A stretch of 62,294 bases of DNA, the filler included, from Trypethelium eluteriae (taxonomy: Eukaryota): NCBI GenBank assembly GCA_051942245.1. It is 3 parts of 3 records of this genome, joined end to end, with 100 filler letters (N's around TTAATTAATTAA, not from the genome) between each part and the next. Parts side by side here need not be neighbours in the genome. Positions count along the whole stretch, not along the records: positions 20,814 to 41,524 come from JAVECL010000490.1; 2 more parts are not named here. One strand, written 5' to 3'. Positions within the stretch are counted from its first letter, which is position 1, and every line of letters begins with the position of its first letter. The notes under the pieces were generated by a model that saw only the letters and a program-made list of their open reading frames with translations, was not told the origin of the DNA and searched no databases. The position numbers and the translations under genes are program-made. This document shows positions 22,917 to 34,676 of the stretch, one piece after another.

Positions 22917-25097
22917 TCAATTGTCGAACACTGAGTGCACGCCATGAAATATTGATTTACCACCAGTGGCACTCAATGTTCTGTTTTGCTGTCCTTCTCT
23001 GGTGTACACAGCCAAAGTCCCACTAACTCCAATGTTTCCATACGTCACCTGGACAGTACCTGTCTTCTTATCACTCGTCATAATCAACTCAACATTCTTT
23101 CCCGTATCGCCGTTGTAATATAGAAAGCTAGTTTGCGGAACATCGAAGGAAGGGAAAACCTCGATGTTGAGATGCGGCTTCCAATTGTCGGTCCACTTAT
23201 TGTTTGCCTGCAGGATATCGCCGCTGGGTATGATAGCACCCTCGGTCACATAGACTGGAACGCTAGACACTGGCAGCGATACGGACGCGGTGCTGCCTCC
23301 GACGTGTATCGACGTTCTGTTGAAGTACTCCAAGTATTTCGTTCTCTTATCCCCGGGGAAATAGACGCTTCGCGAACCGCCTGCGTTGATGATGGGAGCA
23401 ACGAGGAACTGTTCGCCAAAGAAATATTGATCCGTAATTTCGTAAGCATGCTTGTCCTCGGGATGTTCAAGGAATAGGGCTCGGATGATCGGGAGCCCGT
23501 TTTGAGTTGCTTGGTAGGTGTAAGACTTAATGTACGGAAGCAGAGCGTGGTGGAGATTTGCGGTGTCCTTCAGCACGCTGACAAGGTTGGATGTGTAGGG
23601 CGGATACCAAGGTGTATGATTTGTGCCCAGCATGAGCTCATACACAGGAGAGAAGGTGGAGAACCACATCCAACGCGCCCATAGCTCTTCAGTCGGGTCG
23701 TTGAGCCCCCGGACATATCCTCCCGTGTCGGAGGACCAGACGGGAAACCCAACCAGGCCAGCTCGGATGCCACTTGCTACGGAGTAAGCAAGACCAGAGA
23801 AATTGGAGTGGGAGTCGCCATTCCAGATCCAGGTTCGGGAGCGTGAGCGATCGACGGCGCTCCGTGCGAAGTTATAGAAGTGCGAAGGGCCCCACTTCTC
23901 CATCATGGATTCATAACAGAGTTGTTCGAATAAGGGTTGCTGGATATTTTGCTCGTAGTCGGGCATCTCTCCCTCTTCTCCGCGGTCGATCTTGTATCCT
24001 TTTACTCCAACAGACGGGAAGTAGCTTAATCGCTCTTTGAAATAGTCGTATGCTGCTGGGATAGAAAGATTCAAAGCAGGTCCTAGGAATTGTACCGGAT
24101 CAATGCCAGGGAAGAGCCATCCGTTCGCCTCTGACACGTTAAATAGTTCTGTGTCTAGGAAAGCACGATTGGCAACCCAGACCTGGAAGTCAAATCCATA
24201 CGCGCTGAGGTTGGCGACGAATTCTTTGGGTGTAGGATAATATACAGGATCAAAGTCAAAATTTCCAAAGGAACTATTCCCGGTGCCATAAGGTCGATCG
24301 GCGAACATCGAAGTTGCGTGGATTTGGTTGAAGTAGAGATGGTTGACAACATCATAGTAATTTTCCTGCGCGTTGTGCACCCCAGCATGGAAGTCCTGTT
24401 CAAAGTTGTCGCTCCAGAAAGTTGGCCCGTAGCCGGTGTCTGCAGGTAGCTCGATATGTGCAGAAAGTGCGGTGTACTGGGAAATAATGGACTTGAAGTT
24501 ACCAGGAGTCTCGGGAAGGATGATGTAGTACACCAAACTGCTGCTGTTAAAGAAGTATTGAACCTGTCCAGGGACGGTGAAATCGTAGGATCCGATTTTT
24601 TGAGTGTCCGTGTAAACGCCATAGCCAGCAGTGGTAAAGAAAAAGGGCGCACGAGCATTGTCCCAGTTCACGCCGTCTTCATTCCCCACTCCAATGAGTT
24701 CGAACGAAACATTGGCATTGTCAAGACGTTGAGACCAAGGGTATTCCCAAACGCCATAAAAGGAGGTGTCATTGTTAGTTGAGAAGCTAGAACCGACGAA
24801 CGGACTCGAAGTATTGACTTGAACTTTGAAGATTGTGGAGTTGAGTTTGGTTGTTGTGATTTGACCACCGTTATTTGATATGGTTCCAGAGGCAGAAGCC
24901 GAGACTGGGGAAGTAGAAACATTGGTATTGCCAGCCAATATGGCATTGTTCTTGACTAACGTTTTTTTCCCCGATGAAACAATTAGGGAAAAGGGTGATG
25001 TGCTAGAGACGGAAATAGAATTCTCGGAGCTGGGTACAGTCCATGCCTGCGCTGGAAAAAGTGAGGCTAAGCTTAACGCAATCCTTGCCCACAACAT
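22917..25097 (-). CDS. Secreted glycoside hydrolase family 31 (alpha-glucosidase/xylosidase/galactosidase-like), intronless
   Basis: 726-aa ORF with a signal peptide and many N-glycosylation sequons. Candidate nucleophile region GYKIDRGE, acid/base region WNGD, plus WSSDTGGY, ELWARW, GLPIIRALFL and QYFFGEQFLVAP. Confidence 0.9.
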   Translation of the reverse strand: MLWARIALSLASLFPAQAWTVPSSENSISVSSTSPFSLIVSSGKKTLVKNNAILAGNTNVSTSPVSASASGTISNNGGQITTTKLNSTIFKVQVNTSSPFVGSSFSTNNDTSFYGVWEYPWSQRLDNANVSFELIGVGNEDGVNWDNARAPFFFTTAGYGVYTDTQKIGSYDFTVPGQVQYFFNSSSLVYYIILPETPGNFKSIISQYTALSAHIELPADTGYGPTFWSDNFEQDFHAGVHNAQENYYDVVNHLYFNQIHATSMFADRPYGTGNSSFGNFDFDPVYYPTPKEFVANLSAYGFDFQVWVANRAFLDTELFNVSEANGWLFPGIDPVQFLGPALNLSIPAAYDYFKERLSYFPSVGVKGYKIDRGEEGEMPDYEQNIQQPLFEQLCYESMMEKWGPSHFYNFARSAVDRSRSRTWIWNGDSHSNFSGLAYSVASGIRAGLVGFPVWSSDTGGYVRGLNDPTEELWARWMWFSTFSPVYELMLGTNHTPWYPPYTSNLVSVLKDTANLHHALLPYIKSYTYQATQNGLPIIRALFLEHPEDKHAYEITDQYFFGEQFLVAPIINAGGSRSVYFPGDKRTKYLEYFNRTSIHVGGSTASVSLPVSSVPVYVTEGAIIPSGDILQANNKWTDNWKPHLNIEVFPSFDVPQTSFLYYNGDTGKNVELIMTSDKKTGTVQVTYGNIGVSGTLAVYTREGQQNRTLSATGGKSIFHGVHSVFDN

Positions 25098-25229
25098 CTT
25101 TTAGAAAAGTTATCTGACCTACCGATTCTGTGCTCTTCCTGCCGAGATATATGTGGGTAAAGAACGATTCACTTGAAATTCCACCCAGTCCTCTCTCGGG
25201 TGCTGATTCTCCGCAAACACCACAGTGCA

Positions 25230-25248
25230 GCGGCGGAAAATCCGCCGC
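25230..25248. promoter_or_regulatory. Candidate Zn2Cys6-factor site: inverted repeat GCGGCGGA-AAA-TCCGCCGC upstream of the GH31 gene
   Basis: Perfect 8-bp inverted repeat about 130 bp upstream of the GH31 ATG. It contains CGG-N5-CCG and CGG-N11-CCG. SYGGRG (CreA-type) hexamers lie near 25344 and 25367. Confidence 0.4.
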
Positions 25249-26032
25249 CGAGGCATGCTCGCTGTATTTGCAAGTCAATTGTAGGCTACCGAAGTGCCCG
25301 AATCAACAATGATATCGTCATCAAGCAGAGCCTGTCGAAAATGCCCCGCAAGATCTCCAGGAACCAGCGGGGATAGCACGGTGGAGCAATCAGGCTAAAT
25401 CTAATTGGCCGACTTCGGCAACCGTATCCGAGGTCTTCAGATAGAGTTCTTTCATGGCTTTGGATAATAATCTGAAACACAAGTGAAAGACTAATCTTTC
25501 GATGGTGTATCAAAGAACAGAAAATGGAATAGATACAGCTTCTGCAGAATTTGGTGGAAATCGAGAGGTAATTCTGGAGGCGTGGATCAGGCCAACCTTA
25601 AGAAGTGCTTCGGTGAACGTTCAACAAGTTCCTCATACTTGATCAAGGGCGATAGCAGAACTGAAGGCCAATCAACTTTTAGAAGGAAATTCCATACCCG
25701 GCGGCGGAGCAAGGCGCTACGCTCTGCGGAGTCACAGAGACAAGGCAGAGCGCTAAAAAGGCTCTTCAAGGTCATAAAAAATCCACTGGATGTAGATAAA
25801 TATCGTAAATGGGGGAGAGATTGTTCATTCATTAATATTATGTCAGAGCGACAGTTGCAAAAGAATATACTGCAGACAGAAACTACGACCAACTTAATTT
25901 AGACCGGTCCTCTGCAGCCGAAGGCTGGGAATACCTCAAAATACCCAAAGAGCTGATAGCCTAGAATTTAGTTAGTGATGGTACACTGTCTCGTCGAGTG
26001 TGATCAGACCGTGTGGCACGCTCATGTTTCCC

Positions 26033-26512
26033 TTAGACATTGCAGCCAGATTGTGCATACAGCTCCGCACGTCTTCTATCAACCATAGTGCAATAATCAC
26101 AGTATGCTTCTTCGCCACCGTAATCTCCGTGAAGCAGTGGCCGTAGTTCCTGAAAAGCGTTGTATCTATGCCCACACTTGGCTTTCCTCTGTCCGTCATC
26201 TTGTACACCATACCACGCCCAAAGTCCCAGTCTCGTGGGTACCAGATAAGCGTCCTTCTTAAAAATTTGTGCTCTTCTCGAAGCTTCTTCGGAGTTACTG
26301 CGAGTTGCGGAGAACCACATCAGGAAGAGGCTAACGAAAGCGCCGATAAAGACAATGACTAGGAGTAAGTAACCATTTTCGCCGACACAGGTCTTTCCAC
26401 CTGTGCTCCAATCGATTCCAACGAGCGGGCAGCTACTGTTCGTACTGACTTCATTGGAGATAAGGAGCGTGGAGTTTGCTGTGTTAGATTCTTCGGGAAA
26501 CGTAAGATCCAT
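26033..26512 (-). CDS. Hypothetical single-pass membrane protein (about 159 aa)
   Basis: A probable 5'UTR intron (GTATGA at 26574, CTAAC branch, CAG) ends directly before ATG 26512. The product has NST/NSS sequons, a transmembrane segment YLLLVIVFIGAFVSLFLMWF, and CGH...CDYC after it. Confidence 0.55.
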   Translation of the reverse strand: MDLTFPEESNTANSTLLISNEVSTNSSCPLVGIDWSTGGKTCVGENGYLLLVIVFIGAFVSLFLMWFSATRSNSEEASRRAQIFKKDAYLVPTRLGLWAWYGVQDDGQRKAKCGHRYNAFQELRPLLHGDYGGEEAYCDYCTMVDRRRAELYAQSGCNV

Positions 26513-26851
26513 CTGCATTTGGAGATCCACGAACGTTAGATTGAGAAGTGGCGATGGCGGTGCGTTGATCATACCTTGTTCGATGCAGGAGATGTCTCGT
26601 ATAGAAAGAGTTAATGATGCCATTTTCCACGCCAATTTGTTGAACGGAAGGAGGACCGTAAGGGACGCGTATCGGTGGACTAAGCTTGTACGCTTAGTGG
26701 TCCTCGACGAAGACAGTGGGTGGGTCATCCGATTTGAAGATGTCCTCGGTCTGAGCAAGATTCTAGCTACTTTGCCGAACTATTGGAGTACCGTGATCGT
26801 TTGAGAAGGGGCCTTTAGAGCAGACGATCAAGATGCCGAGGGAGGAGCCCT

Positions 26852-27409
26852 TCACAGTTTTGCCTCTCTTGTTGCCACAAACAACGCTTCTGATTTGGCC
26901 AACACATTTCCGTCGCCATCTCTGATTTCGCAATCGACAAATCTTTTCTTACCAGTGACATTTGTGAGTCGCGCTGCCACTAGAATCGTCTGTTGACTCG
27001 CGACCGCTTTGAGAAACGAGACATTCAGGTAAGCCGTCACACTATAACCCCGTCCGGGTGCTTTTCCAAGATCTTTGTTTACTACGAATAGAAAGCCACT
27101 GACTTCGTCCAGGATTGTGGCCAACATGCCGCCGTGAATGATATGAGGCTGACCATTGAGCAGCCCTCCAAGGGTCATAAGACTTAGTACTTCTTCAACA
27201 TATTGCGCGCCCGGAGTCGCCTTTCTGTGTAGGCAGACAGCATGTTTGATCGTGTCCTCTGTATTCAGCGTCTTATTGAAGAAAGTATCTTCGGAGTCCA
27301 GCTTAAGATTTCGAGATGTAAAAGGAAAGACCGTCATGTTGGGATCCTCGATCAATCTACGACACCATGCAATCGTTTGCAGATGTTGCAAATCTGCTTC
27401 GAACGTCAT
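26852..27409 (-). CDS. Hotdog-fold thioesterase (PaaI/THEM4-like)
   Basis: LNGQPHIIHGGMLATILDE, VTAYLNVSFLKAV and KSEALFV motifs. Confidence 0.88.
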   Translation of the reverse strand: MTFEADLQHLQTIAWCRRLIEDPNMTVFPFTSRNLKLDSEDTFFNKTLNTEDTIKHAVCLHRKATPGAQYVEEVLSLMTLGGLLNGQPHIIHGGMLATILDEVSGFLFVVNKDLGKAPGRGYSVTAYLNVSFLKAVASQQTILVAARLTNVTGKKRFVDCEIRDGDGNVLAKSEALFVATREAKL

Positions 27410-28211
27410 TGCAAACGGTCGTCGACCCAAGTTCGTCCTGTAAGACGGGAAATATCAGGTTGCCAGAGCTAACGAAGGTTGGAGAGCTCAGCTTTCGTCA
27501 GGTTTCAATTCTTCGGGCATTTCTTGCCGAGGTTCAGCTTGGCGTCGCACTGTTTCTTCCCGCCTCAACGACGCAGCCTGCCTTACTAAGTACGGTCTCT
27601 ACATCCTAAGCGCATCATATTCACTGCTGCTTGCTAATATTGTCGAATGATTCCTGTAGACTTGTTGCCGAGTGAGTCTTGAATAGGAATTGACAGAGAT
27701 TCTGACGAAAATAGCGCTGTCTCATCTGCCTCTCTCTGCATATCAAGTCTCATATCGTCTCCGTGCATTCAGTGACTATCGCTGTTGCTAACCCGCATCC
27801 TACCTTTGACTAACATCTGATGGCCAGTGAATCGGGAGAGCCTGGTCACGATGGACCGCTCTGCTCTTCAAAGACTATAGCATTCCATGGAGAAATATTG
27901 CTATGACGACATGTCTAGGGCTCACCAGCATTCATCTGAGCCTCACGAGGCTGCATTCCAAAGGGCGCAAGCATTGTAGATTGCAGACCCAAAACCGGCT
28001 AGTCAGAACAGACGTTCGACTCTTTCGCAATCAGTAGGTATAAGGTCGGATCGGGAGCTCTTTCGTACTACCGTAGTACATCCCAAACTGACTCTTGGCA
28101 TTTGAAGAACGCCTTCTTACACAAACTTCCTTTCTAATTCTTCTACAACCGAATTTTGGAGCTTAGTTTTCGCCGCAGTCTTCTTCGAAGAGTTCCGTAC
28201 TACTTTTAACT

Positions 28212-28775
28212 ATGTTCCCTGTTTATGTCTTCCTGGCCTTCGTTGGCATCAACGCTTTCGAAAGGGGGTTGATGAAGTATCACGACCGCCGTATCGCGCG
28301 GGAACGTGAACAAATGGCTCGCGAGCGCAAGAGCCGGGAATATAATCCCTCACCTCATAGCGAATTCAGCGACTACAGCTTCGGCGACTACGAGCCTGAC
28401 TTTGACTGCTTCGCCAAGGAACCCCTGCCCGAGCCCGGCCCTCGTCCAACACACCCGCCACGAAGGCAAGGACAGAGAGTCCGTTTTGCACCAGTAGAGC
28501 GCCGCGAGAGGGCGCATGACGAGCGTGTATATCCTCCCACCAATCTTATCAGTCAAAAGAATGATACTTCTGGCAATGGAAAAGCAGACACTTGGAATGG
28601 CACACACTGGGACGACTTTATCGACGATTGGTGTGATGCGGAGCCAATGGTGGATCCATTCGGGATTCTTCCGCCAGTAGAAAAGCAGAGTCCACTGTCG
28701 TATGGCCAGGCGCCACATGTGGAGACGTCTCGCACCAAGACGTCGAGGCCTGAAAGACGGATGGCTTTCGTATGA
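28212..28775 (+). CDS. Hypothetical protein (187 aa) with a hydrophobic N-terminus and low-complexity charged tail
   Basis: ATG-initiated ORF preceded by a TATAA-like box near 28039 and a pyrimidine-rich leader; no family recognised. Confidence 0.5.
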   Translation: MFPVYVFLAFVGINAFERGLMKYHDRRIAREREQMARERKSREYNPSPHSEFSDYSFGDYEPDFDCFAKEPLPEPGPRPTHPPRRQGQRVRFAPVERRERAHDERVYPPTNLISQKNDTSGNGKADTWNGTHWDDFIDDWCDAEPMVDPFGILPPVEKQSPLSYGQAPHVETSRTKTSRPERRMAFV

Positions 28776-29256
28776 ATGGGGGGAGTACTGGTTGGAAAGC
28801 AAGCCTGGTGCTTGGACTTTGATCGGCGCGGGCTTTCGTCGAGCCAGAGTAAGGGTAGTAATATTCAGTCTTTCCTATGAGTGGGATTTTCATTCCAGCA
28901 AATTCTAACCTTTGAATACCCTCGCTTTGTGACTCTGATATCCTTAGATTTGGAGTCTTTGGATGTACTTGAAGGGGTTTCTCTCCGATTCTGATATCTG
29001 AGATTAGTTAAACTACGGAAGTAAATGGTTCGACAAGTGCTCGATAATGTAGAGCGTGTCTATGTACTAGATGAGATAGTGCGCTACCCTGTGCATTTCT
29101 ATCCTTGACACTTCATATACATGTGTGCCTCCCCAATGTTTGACGCCAAACTCGCTTCGCTACATTGCAACTCAGCAAGGCTAGTAAATCGTGATCACAT
29201 AGACACGTATCTCATAATCCCAAGCTTTTGTACTCCAATTTGATTCGATCATGTTA

Positions 29257-31184
29257 TCACGCCTCACCTTGACTCTTTGTCCTCTCCAGTTCCCTTTCCT
29301 CCAGATCCACCAGCGGCTTTAGCTTTGCGTCCTTCTGAAACAGAAGATACCTCTTCACAAACCACACTGCTTGACGCACCCCAAACGCCGCCTGCTTGGC
29401 CGTGTCGACCTCAAACACGGCATCCAGTTCCTCAAGCGTCTTTTCTTTTGTCTCCGGCACAAACAACAGAATCGTTACCCAGCCGATCATGTTCCACGCC
29501 GCGTACCATCCGAACGCGCCCTGCGGTCGAAACGCATTGCGCAGCGAAGGCCACGTAATCGAGAGGACGAAGTTGAAGAACCAAGTCGTCGCAGTCGCCA
29601 GTGACATGCCGTAAGTGCGGAGGTAGAGCGGGTACGCCTCAGCGGAGTAGGTGAAGGGAACCGGACCCTCGCCTGGTGAGTAGACGATGCCGAAGAGGTA
29701 GATGCCCAGAGCAACAAGGGCGACGCGAGTCTTGCTGGATGCCTCAATCCAGAAGCAGAAGCCAGTGAAGAGCAGACTGAGCGCCATGAGGGGGAAGGTG
29801 GTGAGGAGGAGGTTGCGTCGGCCGAAGGTGTCGATGGTGTAGACGGCGGGGAGGGCAAAGACAAAGTTGATGACGCCGAAGCCGAGGGAAGCAGCGAGCG
29901 CGTTGACGGGGGAGAAACCGGATGATTCAAAAATTGCGCTCGAGTAGTAGGCTATTACGTTGACGCCGCAGAATTGCTGCATGAACATGACGATCTCGCT
30001 CGCGAGCATGGCGTGGCGGTTGCGCGGCACAGTGATCATTTCTCGGATTTTGTTTTGGCCAAAGCGCATCTGGCCCTCGGATTCGAGAAGCTTATTCATG
30101 TAAAAGAGGTCTCGTGCTGCTTGGATCTTGTGGTAGCGGAGTCGACAAATGGCTTCATAGCCGGCATGATGTCGACCTTTCTGGATATACCAACGGGGAG
30201 ACTCAGGACACCAGAAGACAAAGCAGCAGACGATGACGGCAGGAAGCATGGCCGATCCCATCATCAGACGCCAATTCAGACCAGTAATGTTGGACCGGTC
30301 AGGGACGTAGTAAAATGCGAGGTCGGCAGCATAACCCAGCATGATGCCGAAAGCGGTCCACATCTGCCATTGCATGACGAGAGCCCCACGAATCCCTGGA
30401 GGGCTGCATTCGGCGGCATAGATAGGCACTGTAGCGGATTTAGGTCCTATACCGAATCCCAAAGCAAAACGAGCGATGAACATGGACCACCAAGTATTGA
30501 CGAAGGCTTGCCAGAAGCACGCTAATGCTGAGAAGATACAAGTGATGAAGATGGTTCCACGTCGTCCAAACCAATTATTGTATGGGATAGTAAGCCAGCA
30601 CCCAATGAATGCACAGCACAGGTACGGTGCTGAATTGGTAAGACCAAGGAGCCAGGTCGAGCGTGGGTCTTCACCACCTATACCAAATTGTTGGCCGTAG
30701 TAGATCTGAGCACCATTTACGACCGTCTCGTCTACATTAGGTATTAGTCTCTCAATATCTCTTGATATTGGACTAGATTCGGCGTACCCATTCCCTGAAC
30801 AGCCGCACAAATGGAGCAGAGGATGATCACAATATACAGCAGCTTCGGTTGGGACCATTTATGTGACCACTCTCTTCTTAATACGTCTAGTTCATCTTGC
30901 GTCAGGTTTGGACATTTGTCAAAATTCTCAGGTGCCGCAGCAAGCACAGCTCCGAGTTTGAATGCTCGCAAATCCTCGGGCTCAACAAGGGCATGTGCCC
31001 GCGCGTATTCGACCCCCAACTCCATGAGCTCTTGCTGTGATTTGCCTCTCAGAGGGTTGGCTAGGATCGCATTCATCTCAGCTCGTTTGAGGGCGGCGGC
31101 GGAGACTGACGCCCGAGCTGCTCTGCTTGCGTAGGACGTTTTGCGGTCGGCATGATTGAGACCGTCTGGTTCGAACGTCGCCAT
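29257..31184 (-). CDS. MFS sugar-porter family transporter (polyol/myo-inositol-like)
   Basis: AAVQGM|DETVVNGA, FGRRG, PIYAAECSPPGIRG, PESPRW, QQFCGVNVIAYYS, IDTFGRR, YSAEAYP and PETKEKTLEE motifs; intron 30732-30787. Confidence 0.93.
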
Positions 31185-33504
31185 TACGGAGAAGAACGAG
31201 GAGACAGAAAATCACAATGAAACTTCTCCCCGGTCTAAAAAATCCGCATGAGATCTTTAAGCGCTTGCTTGTGGCTAGAACTGATTGCTTACCTCTCACC
31301 ACTCGAGTCAACTGAGCTACGTCATAGGGGCGCGTTGTCCAGATGATATTCGACAAACTTTGCCAGAGCGAATATCATTGGAGCCAGTAATTGCAAATGC
31401 AAACCAGACTCAAGAATCGGGTTGCTGAAGGCAAACGCGTGGAGAAGGCTGTAACACGTGGGGGAGACCGGCTGTACTTTAACTTACAACAGATGGGAAC
31501 CGTAACAAGCGGAGAGAAAAAAGCCCAAGGCTCTAGGATCGCCCACCCTGGGCGCATCAGGCGCTAAAGTCTGATGAGCGAGCATGGCGATCCGCCTTGC
31601 CGTGCAGGGGGTGGCATAGACGACTGGATCTCAGCTCGTCAACCTACAGCTCAAGCTGGGGTGCTGGGGCCGCTTTCGTGGGAGGCCTTCTCTTGGCCAA
31701 GGCTGGCTTGACCGCCAACACCGCCTTTTGATATAGACCGATAGCAGTTTCCATGGGTTCTTGCTGAAGCGAGGTGCATATGCGAGAAGGTTTTCGTGGA
31801 TCTCGGACTCGAAAGTCGCGGAAAGATTGACTGGCATGTAGAGGACCCTAGTCCGCAGGGCCAACGCGCGGCTCTTGCGCAGACTGACTATAGCAACTGC
31901 CAACTAGTACGGACTACTCGGTACAAGCGATGGGGAGCCGTTTTCTCTTGAACAAAATGACTGCCTTCAATTTGCTCTTGCGTAACACATATTACACGAA
32001 TTCTCTCAATTTCTGTCGAATTTGGCGGCAGTCTACTGTCTCACCGGTCGCAGGCCGATTTTGAGTGTGCAAAGTTGGTGGTCCCTGCAACCTCATGGGG
32101 CTGATGTAAGCCTTAATCTGGTTGTCATGTGGAGATAAATGCATATTAGATGCGTGGTCGAGTGGTTGGCTGTCGGAAGTAGGACCACTTCAACGTACAT
32201 CCATGTTGCTCTCACACACAATTTCGACAGCCGGCAGCTTGGCTACGGTGGCTTGACGTTGATACGAAAGCTGATGGTCCGCAGCAAGCACCGAGTTGAC
32301 ACGGCTTATCGAGATTCAAGTAACATCTTTGGATCTTGCAGTACTATAAGCGTCATGCGTCTTTCAATCGGCTTCAAACAGCAAACCAAAGTCTGTCACA
32401 GTCCCTCCTCCTCTTCGGGCTTGAGGGTTCCTCAATAAAAACCCCAACATTATAGCTTGAGATAAGGGGTACAAGCATTGAAACTGAGTGAACGAATAGA
32501 ATGACGAGATAAATGAACAGCGGTTTACATTACACAAGAGTCCTATTGATGTTATCTCTGCTCTATACAATCAAGGATCCCCGCGCATGAGTTTTGGGCA
32601 TCGGTATCATCGTCACGGAAAGCTTCGTAGCTTTGTTAATCACGAAGAGGACAATATCTTCAAAATAACCATCATGCGGGATAAGGGGAACAAAGTTAGC
32701 GACCACGAGGTTGTGACATGCGCGAACAGTCAGGGCTGGGTAGTTTGAGCTGTTGCCTCTGGTAGTTTGTACATCAATTACAACTACTTGGATGTGGCGA
32801 AGCGGAGTATTGTGGTTACAGCCAGCTTGACATCGAAGCACAATCTCAGATATAAAGTCACAAACGATACCGAAGACTAGTCTATGCGAAGTGTGGCGCT
32901 CTTGTCTCATAGCGTCACTGCCGTCATGCCTAGCCAAGACCAAGGAAATCTATGTGTTTCGAGATGCGCGAATGAAATGGAAGGGTTCGCGTCAAAGATC
33001 GCTTCAAGCAGCTGCCTGTGCTGTAGCTCTAAGAGTCGCTCATAACTCTCGGAGCCAACTAATTGCACCAACCCTTTCACAGACGGAAGAGGGAGATTCC
33101 TAAATAACAATATTTTAGCCATAGACGACTACCTTCTGAACATTTCACCCGATCCTGTAGTGCTTAACTGGAAACTTTGCTCATCCTCGTTTCATGTATT
33201 TCAACCGTTAAGAGAAGTACATGGACCCACGATGCTGTCATCAAGGCAGACGCCCAATGATGCGTGATATCTTTCCCCAGGTTCGACCATTCAGTACGTA
33301 TGGACCTCTGGACGGAGATTCGCCAGGCGTAGACAGATTAGAGATGAAGGTCAGCAACGCTCTTGTATGGTCAGACCCGATCCCTGATTGCACCCTTCAG
33401 TACCAGTAAAGCACAGTGAACGCCCCAACTCCGAGCCATGCAATCCCACCATTCCGTCCTCAACTCAGAATACTTTCGCCACCATCTTAATTGACCTGAC
33501 AATC

Positions 33505-34676
33505 TCAATCACTCTTCAACATGCTCTCCACCAAATCACCTAACGGACCCCAGAAATCCTTTGCTCCTCCACTCAATCCATGCTCATCCACAAAAAGCAC
33601 GTAATGCTTGAAACTTGTGTTTAAGTGTGGCTCTAAACCCAGATGAATAACAACCGGGTAGTGATGACAGTAGATGTGCGCATAGACACGGTAGAGGCGC
33701 TTGAAGATTTGGCGGACAGTGGTGGAAAATGCTTTCGGAAAAGGAGCGCCGATCCGTGAAGGGAACATGGACTCGTTGTCGATGTTGGATTGCACCCAAG
33801 CCATGAGATGCTCGATATACTCTGGCGCCGGCATTTTGGTGGGACGTTTGTAGTTCTCGGAATCTTGCCAGAGATATTCAAATCTAGATTAAATTAACAG
33901 ATGCCGTGGCAGTAATCGAGCAGGAATAGACTGACTCGTCAGTTGCTTTCATCTCTGGGCATGTTTGTGGAGAACAGAATTCGGTGATGGAGCCGTAGAG
34001 CAGGTTGATTTGGTTGTAAAAATCGACAACTGTGCCAAATTCATAAGCAATTGGTCCAGTAATTGTTTGTAGATCAGCCTTCACCGTTGACAGCCAACCA
34101 CTCATCCCTATCCTCCCCTTCAGGTAGTTTCACCGCCTTCCTCAGACTTCCACTCCCCAGCGTCGCTTCAGCGAACTGCTTCAACTGCCAACTCGTGGTG
34201 CCACGGTTCGACTTCTGCGGCTTGAACGCATTGCGTGATCGCGAGTTACTGCGACCAAACATGTTATATAAGCTTTCATTCAAGACGTTAACATTCATCG
34301 CGGTCTTAGGTGCTCTCTTCAATCCCAGTTGGTAACCGAACAACGAGACCCCTCCAATGTCATCACTACCAATTGAGGAGACATCGCTGTCACCTCTAGT
34401 GCGCTGCAGCGCCGCATTGATAGGACTAGGCGGATTTGAAGGGCGATTCCAAGTGGGACTGCTGTGGAGAGCACCTTCGAACACGCGCTGAAGGGGAGAT
34501 TTGTAGGATGCTTGAGGGGTAGTTGGGCTAGAGCATGGGGAGTCTAAACGTATGCATGATGTAGATTCGGTGCAGATGGGGGGAAGAGGTCTGGTGCATT
34601 GTGCAGATGCAGTCGGATGAGGATGCCATTGAGGAGAAGGGTGGGAGACAAACATGGTCGTTATGAAGGAAGTCAT
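33505..34676 (-). CDS. MOB1: Mob1 kinase activator (SIN/MEN component)
   Basis: [74 protein letters not shown] and LNTSFKH motifs; four coding exons. Confidence 0.96.

Noticed and set aside
29277..30700. Antisense and alternative-frame ORFs over the sugar porter (and similar ones over other genes)
   Set aside because: Shadow ORFs caused by GC-rich codon usage of the real genes.
22917..31184. GH31, thioesterase and sugar porter as a metabolic gene cluster
   Set aside because: Unrelated hypotheticals lie between them, there is no backbone enzyme or regulator, and I see no coherent pathway.
32563..32943. 126-aa minus-strand ORF and a stop-interrupted plus-strand frame
   Set aside because: No motif or splice support in either orientation.
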